This document shows, piece after piece, positions 9,601-11,924 of a stretch of 11,924 nucleotides of DNA. Numbering within the stretch: the stretch's first letter is position 1; the number at the start of each line of letters is the position of its first letter. This DNA comes from Candidatus Zixiibacteriota bacterium (GTDB lineage: Bacteria; Zixibacteria; MSB-5A5; GN15; FEB-12), in assembly GCA_041742355.1 (NCBI GenBank), contig JBGSIV010000131.1, positions 1 through 11,924 of the forward strand, in the 5' to 3' direction. Both the position numbers and the translations under genes were made by a program. The notes beneath the pieces were generated by a model. It had not been told where the DNA came from. It was given only the letters and a program-made list of their open reading frames with translations, and made no database searches.

Positions 9601-11924
9601 CACCGCGACCGGGATACACACCGGCGACGGCGCGCAGAAGAAGAACTGCTGCGGCGCGGGACAGGTGACCTGCGCTGCGGTACCGATCTCTACATCCGCC
9701 GTGACAAAGCACGTATCGCTGCCGCACTCACCTGTGGCGATCACGCGGATCACGTAGGTCCCGCTGGAGTCCGCCTGGAAGCAGAGCTGGCCGCCGGACC
9801 ACACCCCGAAGGAGGTCGCGACTGCTGCCGACACCGGGCTCACGCTCACCGGAATGCAGATCTGGGCCGGCGCGCAGAGGAAGTGGTTGGACGGCGCCGG
9901 GCAGGTCACTACCGCTTCGGGCAGATACTGGATCGTCACCACCAGCGTGTCCTGATCGATGGCGCCGCAGGAGTCGGCGACGCGGACGACGAACTGGTAG
10001 TCCCCCGCCGTGCCCGGCGTGAAGCAAATCTCGTTCGTCGAGGTATTGAGCGTCCCGAACCCGGAAAGCATCGTCTCAGTGAGAACCGTGCCATCCGGAT
10101 CACTCGACGCGTACGGGAAGCACAGCGGCACGGCCGTACAGAGAGCAATCGTCGTATCGTTGGCCAATTGGATCGTCGGCGGTTCGTTGTTGATCACGGT
10201 GATAACGACCGTGTCAGACACCAACACTCCACAGGCATCAGTCACTTCGAGATAGAATTCGTATTCACCCGAGGTAGTCGGGTTGAAGCACACCAGGGAT
10301 CCGTCGATCGCACCCGGGCCGATCAGGCTCACATCAGTGATGTTCCCATTCGGATCGCTCCACGAAACCGGCCAGCAGATCTCGGTTCCCGCGTCGCAGA
10401 GGAAGTAGGTATCGTCTGGACCGGCATTCACCACCGGCGACAGGTTGAGTGTCACCGTGACGTCGATCGTATCCTGGTCGGTCCGCCCGCACTCGTCGGT
10501 GATGCGGATGATGAACCGCTGTGTCCCGGTTGCCGCCGGCGTGTAGCACACCTGCGAGAGGGCCGTGTTCAACGTGCCCGGACCGGAAAGCAGCGTCACC
10601 GTCGTCGTGCCGAGGCCTTCCGGATCGGAGGCAGTGTACGGCAGGCAGATCTGAGTGGGCGTGCACTGGAAAGTATTAATATCGGCGCCGAACGCAATTT
10701 GCGGCGCGCCGTTAATGTCGAATTCGACGGTGAAATCGGACTCGCAGGTCACCCCGCACGAGTCCTCACAACGCACCACGACCGTGACCGCATGGTCGCT
10801 GGCCGGTGTGTAGCACCAGGTCCCGTTCACCAGGGAACCGGGGCCTGATATGATCTGGCAGACCTTCAAGTTGCCGTCGGGATCGGTGGCGTACACCGGC
10901 AGGCAGACCTGCGCGGCAGCGCATTGGAAGATCATCGTGTCATTCGGCACGAAGCAGGCCGGGCCTTCGTTCAACGCCACCGTAACCGCGACCGAATCAA
11001 GATCGACCACTCCGCAGCCGTCGGTAACCTGCAATACGAAGAGGTAGGATCCGTCGGCCGCCGGCGTGAAACAGATCTGGGAGCCGTTAAAGGTTCCCGG
11101 GCCCAGGATAAGAGCCGACGAGGTGATGTTGCCATCGGGATCGCTTACCGAGGCCGGCCAGCAGATCTGCTGGGGAGCACACAGGAAGAGGCTCTGGTCG
11201 GCGCCGGCATCGGCCACCGGCGGACGGTTCACGCTGTAGGTCACCACCACCGTATCGACATCGGTCAGGCCACAGAGGTCCGTGGCGCTGACGACGAACT
11301 GGTACGTGCCCGCCCCGGCCGGCGTGAAGCAGATCTGCGAGCCAGAGAGCGTTCCCGGTCCGCTCACCAGCTGCGTCGACGTGATGTTGTTGTCGATGTC
11401 GGTAATCGACACGGGCAGACAGTGCTGGGATATTGTGCAGTCAAAGATATTCTGGTCGGCCCCAAGGTTCACTACCGGCGCGTGGTTTACGTTGATCGTG
11501 ACCGCGATCGTATCCTGATCCGTCCGACCGCAGGCGTCGGTCACCCGAACGATGAACTCGTAGGTGCCGGCGCCCGAAGGTGTGAAGCACAGGAGGCTGC
11601 TGCCCATGTTGATCGTCGCACTCGGATCGCCCGTGATCAGCTGGACCGACGAGATATTGTTGTTCGGATCAGCTGCCGTGTAGAGAAGGCAGGTGGCGCC
11701 GGCCACGCACTCAAAGAGTGTCGTGTCGTTGCCCAGCGCGATCGTCGGATCAGCGTTGACGGTCACGTTGTACGTCATCGTCACCGTATCGGCCGCGCCG
11801 CAATCGTCGGTGACGACCGCAGTGACAGTGTAGGATCCGGCGGTGGCATTGAAGCACCACAGGCCGGAGGACGTTACCGTCCCGGCGCCGGAAAGCCGCG
11901 ACCACGCCAGCGGGTGCCCCTCGG
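3364..11924 (-). CDS. Giant (at least 2852 aa, 5'-truncated) Cys-rich repetitive surface/secreted protein: Ig/cadherin-like module array, cohesin-like domain, dockerin, T9SS type-A sorting domain
   Basis: The frame stays open past the track's 11784 start to the window edge (EGHPLAWSRLSGAGTVTSSGLWCF...DDCGAADTVTMTYNV), so the true start is outside. Stop TAA at 3366-3364. It has 27 full 80-92 aa repeats, a dockerin-like duplicated motif, and C-terminal LYQNYPNPFNPTTTIEF...ASGVYLYRL...KMVLLK. Confidence 0.93.
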   Translation of the reverse strand, partial: EGHPLAWSRLSGAGTVTSSGLWCFNATAGSYTVTAVVTDDCGAADTVTMTYNVTVNADPTIALGNDTTLFECVAGATCLLYTAADPNNNISSVQLITGDPSATINMGSSLLCFTPSGAGTYEFIVRVTDACGRTDQDTIAVTINVNHAPVVNLGADQNIFDCTISQHCLPVSITDIDNNITSTQLVSGPGTLSGSQICFTPAGAGTYQFVVSATDLCGLTDVDTVVVTYSVNRPPVADAGADQSLFLCAPQQICWPASVSDPDGNITSSALILGPGTFNGSQICFTPAADGSYLFVLQVTDGCGVVDLDSVAVTVALNEGPACFVPNDTMIFQCAAAQVCLPVYATDPDGNLKVCQIISGPGSLVNGTWCYTPASDHAVTVVVRCEDSCGVTCESDFTVEFDINGAPQIAFGADINTFQCTPTQICLPYTASDPEGLGTTTVTLLSGPGTLNTALSQVCYTPAATGTQRFIIRITDECGRTDQDTIDVTVTLNLSPVVNAGPDDTYFLCDAGTEICWPVSWSDPNGNITDVSLIGPGAIDGSLVCFNPTTSGEYEFYLEVTDACGVLVSDTVVITVINNEPPTIQLANDTTIALCTAVPLCFPYASSDPDGTVLTETMLSGFGTLNTSTNEICFTPGTAGDYQFVVRVADSCGAIDQDTLVVTIQYLPEAVVTCPAPSNHFLCAPAQICIPVSVSPVSAAVATSFGVWSGGQLCFQADSSGTYVIRVIATGECGSDTCFVTADVEIGTAAQVTCPAPQQFFFCAPSPVCIPVAVSGTSPVVIVSPIGTYTVGNVCFTADTTGHYVLTVIANGTCGADTCTVVADVIINSAPIAVDPTNQTAFQCTPAQLCYTFSASDVNGGTLTWSRLSGPGSVSAAGQWCFTPTTTGTYTVVAKVSDACGAADTTTLSYQVTLNGAPQIAFGGDFSAFQCVPTQVCLPYNASDPDGLGTTTVTLVSGPGTLNTTLSQVCFTPAVSGTSTFIVRIQDQCGLMDYDTINVSVTLNSAPVVTLGVDENLSLCQAGTQICRPTLVTDADGNISSVVYSGPGTHDGTFICFSPMTSGVYQHILTATDACGAVRADTIVITVHINEAPTVQMGNDTTIALCAAEALCFPYTAGDADGTILIETMLSGFGTLDSANNEVCFTPAAAGSYEFIVQVTDSCGATDQDTLVVTIQYLPEAVITCPTQPIPVFLCSPDQVCQMLSITPGSASVTTSFGTWSGGQLCFQADTSGTYIIQVIASEACGADTCLLTFDVEIGAAANITCPTPDPVFLCEVDTVCVPVSINGTGVSVTVSPTGWYSSGNVCFVANASGTYDITVIANTACGSDTCTFGVPVTINSAPIAVDPTNQTAFQCTPAQLCYTFSASDVNGGALTWSRLSGPGSVSAAGQWCFTPTTTGTYTVVVQVADACGAADTTTLSYQVTLNGAPQIAFGADVNQFQCASTAICIPYTASDSDGLNTATITLVSGSGTVMPMNSEVCFTPATSGVFTFIVQIEDQCGVKDRDTINVTVQVNSAPVVNAGPNQSVFLCQPGTPVCWPASVIDIDANLSSTELLGAGTFDGSEICFTPGANGNYQFILRATDACGVLVADTVVITVTNNQAPIAQLPNNFPVLSCGPEQVCFNYTAVDPDGTKLTETMLAGYGTIDTSINSICFTPPSPGDYQFILQVADSCGTVDADTLVVHIEFRQFAEIACPTDPIAVTLCDPGQVCYDLTILPVDAVVTSKLGTYAGGELCFYAGASGTYVDTVIAATYCNTDTCIITFNVNIRPMTQITCPDPQSFDICAPDTVCVPVTVVTRGDVVTVSPIGWYSGGNVCFMADTTGHYELTVIVSTDCGADTCIVVADVNINSAPIADQPAPVDSFVCAVGQICYTFTATDIDNDNLTWSRLSGAGTVTAAGVWCFTPTEAGTYSVVVKATDPCGLADTTTLSYTITLNRPPVVDLGGNKVNKLNVFQCNSEEQCPVYTVTDPDNNIVLEELLSGSAVLDTVLNRFCFTPDTAGTYRFIMRVTDACGRTGMDTLDVVVDLNDAPTANAGADQQVFMCAAVELCWPASCADPDGNLDSCSVITPAGYYSGNEICFTPDTAGVYRFILRTVDLCGVSDQDTVVVTVNLNDAPVCHIPNDTAIAQCSPTQVKLPVSATDADGNFDRCEILTGPGTIQGSEWVYTPSADQTVTVQILCIDSCGLVCQDQFTVTFEVNEQPVVAAGIDTTLFLCGPQQVCRPVAVTDDEGNLVSTTVISPVGATYSTGQVCFNAIAGQTAYPVIVEASDACGRIVRDTTVVTVKYNHPPALTVTPDFAVFLDFPGELCFNAVATDIDNNLSSVTVTEPATMSGNEACFFADTSGIYCFVVTATDGCGEAKVDTICINVAIDECIHVQIEKTHNAYQGEHETVQIFQQGSGKALGGYDLLVQYDPTALLFNGASPGDLLTQCGWEYFTYRQGPDGNCSGCPSGLVRLVAIAETNNGANHPGCFIKDMVGPLAQLSFMVSNDRNLECQYVPIRFFWVDCGDNTFSSQSGDTLWISRRVFDFELNELTNTMGSLPGFLGAPDQCITNGGPGKPSNVRCVDFTNGGVDIICADSIDDRGDLNLNGTAYEIADAVLYSNFFVYGIGVFDHYEAQVAASDVNADGIPLSVADLVYLIRVIVGDTPPLPKLDPSMSNQVEFALVNGVLEIKQTDYLIGAIALTLDGEVTPGLLPDAQGMDMRYSFDGSETRVLIYNFEGTHTLKGGKVLDLGHALAIKTIDVGAFDGFVLGAKVNTLPDRFELYQNYPNPFNPTTTIEFALPKTTDWKITIYNVLGQTVHTLKGEDDAGYMKVEWDAGKYASGVYLYRLSAGEFTATRKMVLLK
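3967..4158 (-). other. Dockerin-like domain (two Ca2+-binding loop-helix repeats)
   Basis: RGDLNLNGTAYEIADAVLYSNFF ... ASDVNADGIPLSVADLVYLIRVIVGD. Each half matches a DxNxxG loop followed by a xxAD-hydrophobic helix, with a one-residue loop insertion. Confidence 0.8.
4177..4791 (-). other. Cys-rich cohesin-like beta-sandwich domain (205 aa, 10 Cys)
   Basis: VQIEKTHNAYQGEHETVQI...LGGYDLLVQYDPTALLFNGASPG...GLVRLVAI...GPLAQLSFMV...VPIRF...DFTNGGVDI follows the cohesin pattern (V.I, GxdfxlxYDxxxL, G.l..l.F.v, final ..dG.v.i) with Cys-bearing insertions. Pattern recognition only. Confidence 0.55.
7617..7908. repeat. 292-bp direct repeat, copy A (copy B at 9153-9444)
   Basis: Hand alignment at a constant offset of 1536 nt with no gaps and 17 mismatches (~94% identity), including perfect blocks of 80 nt and 77 nt. 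Confidence 0.9.
9153..9444. repeat. 292-bp direct repeat, copy B (copy A at 7617-7908)
   Basis: Same alignment; encodes INSAPIAVDPTNQTAFQC...LSYQVTLNGAPQIAFG. Confidence 0.9.

Larger units (their letters stand above)
6106..10710 (-). repeat. Three copies of a six-module super-repeat (10710-9178, 9177-7642, 7641-6106)
   Basis: Each copy starts with GAPQIAFG and runs through the same six module types in order. Unit lengths are 1533, 1536 and 1536 nt. Confidence 0.9.
4792..11924 (-). repeat. Tandem array of 27 complete plus 1 partial Cys-rich Ig/cadherin-like modules
   Basis: Consensus N-x-x-P-x(~12)-C-x(5-6)-C-x-P/Y-xxx-xDxDG...GxGT...xC-F-T-P-xxx-G-x-Y-x-F-xxxxx-D-x-C-G-xx-D-x-D-T-h-x-V-x-V-xx-N, repeating every ~240-275 nt. 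Confidence 0.92.

Noticed and set aside
4462..10848. 2128-aa plus-strand ORF antisense to the giant gene
   Set aside because: It is in exact codon register with the sense gene, so a stop needs a sense TTA, CTA or TCA codon, which are rare at this GC content. It ends where a TCA (Ser) occurs at 10848-10846. The Arg/His/Gly-rich translation mirrors the sense codons and has no recognisable domain, so it is a shadow ORF.
11782..11784. ORF-track start (GTG) of the 2806-aa protein
   Set aside because: It falls mid-module, has no signal peptide after it, and the frame remains open to the window edge. The real start is upstream.
4792..11924. Cys-rich repeats as multiheme cytochrome or Fe-S/Zn-binding motifs
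   Set aside because: There are no CxxCH motifs and no CxxC spacing in the modules. Paired gain and loss of Cys in an exported protein fits disulfides better.
1..11924. CRISPR arrays, tRNA/rRNA genes, transposases or integrases
   Set aside because: None seen. All repeats are protein-coding modules or terminator hairpins, and intergenic gaps are under 180 nt.

Overview
GC-rich bacterial window, probably from an FCB-group lineage; the cohesin/dockerin/T9SS-type-A tail looks Zixibacteria-like, but that is an inference. From left to right it holds: the 5' part of an M3B oligoendopeptidase (minus strand, runs off the left edge, missing from the ORF track); back-to-back sigma70-like promoters; a secreted/membrane hypothetical gene that appears frameshifted at a G6 run; a terminator; a POT-family peptide transporter (minus); a stand-alone Smr protein (plus); a bidirectional terminator; and the 3' 8.56 kb of a giant surface protein (minus, at least 2852 aa, start outside the window). 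The giant protein has 27 complete plus 1 partial Cys-rich Ig/cadherin-like modules, then a Cys-rich cohesin-like domain, a dockerin, a beta-rich spacer and a T9SS type-A sorting domain. The most interesting signals are inside it: a titin-like six-module super-repeat (511/512/512 aa); Cys gain/loss patterns suggesting disulfides that link neighbouring modules; a regular alternation of predicted Ca2+-binding and Ca2+-free junctions; a 292-bp, 94%-identical patch exactly one super-repeat apart; and a cohesin next to a dockerin in the same chain.
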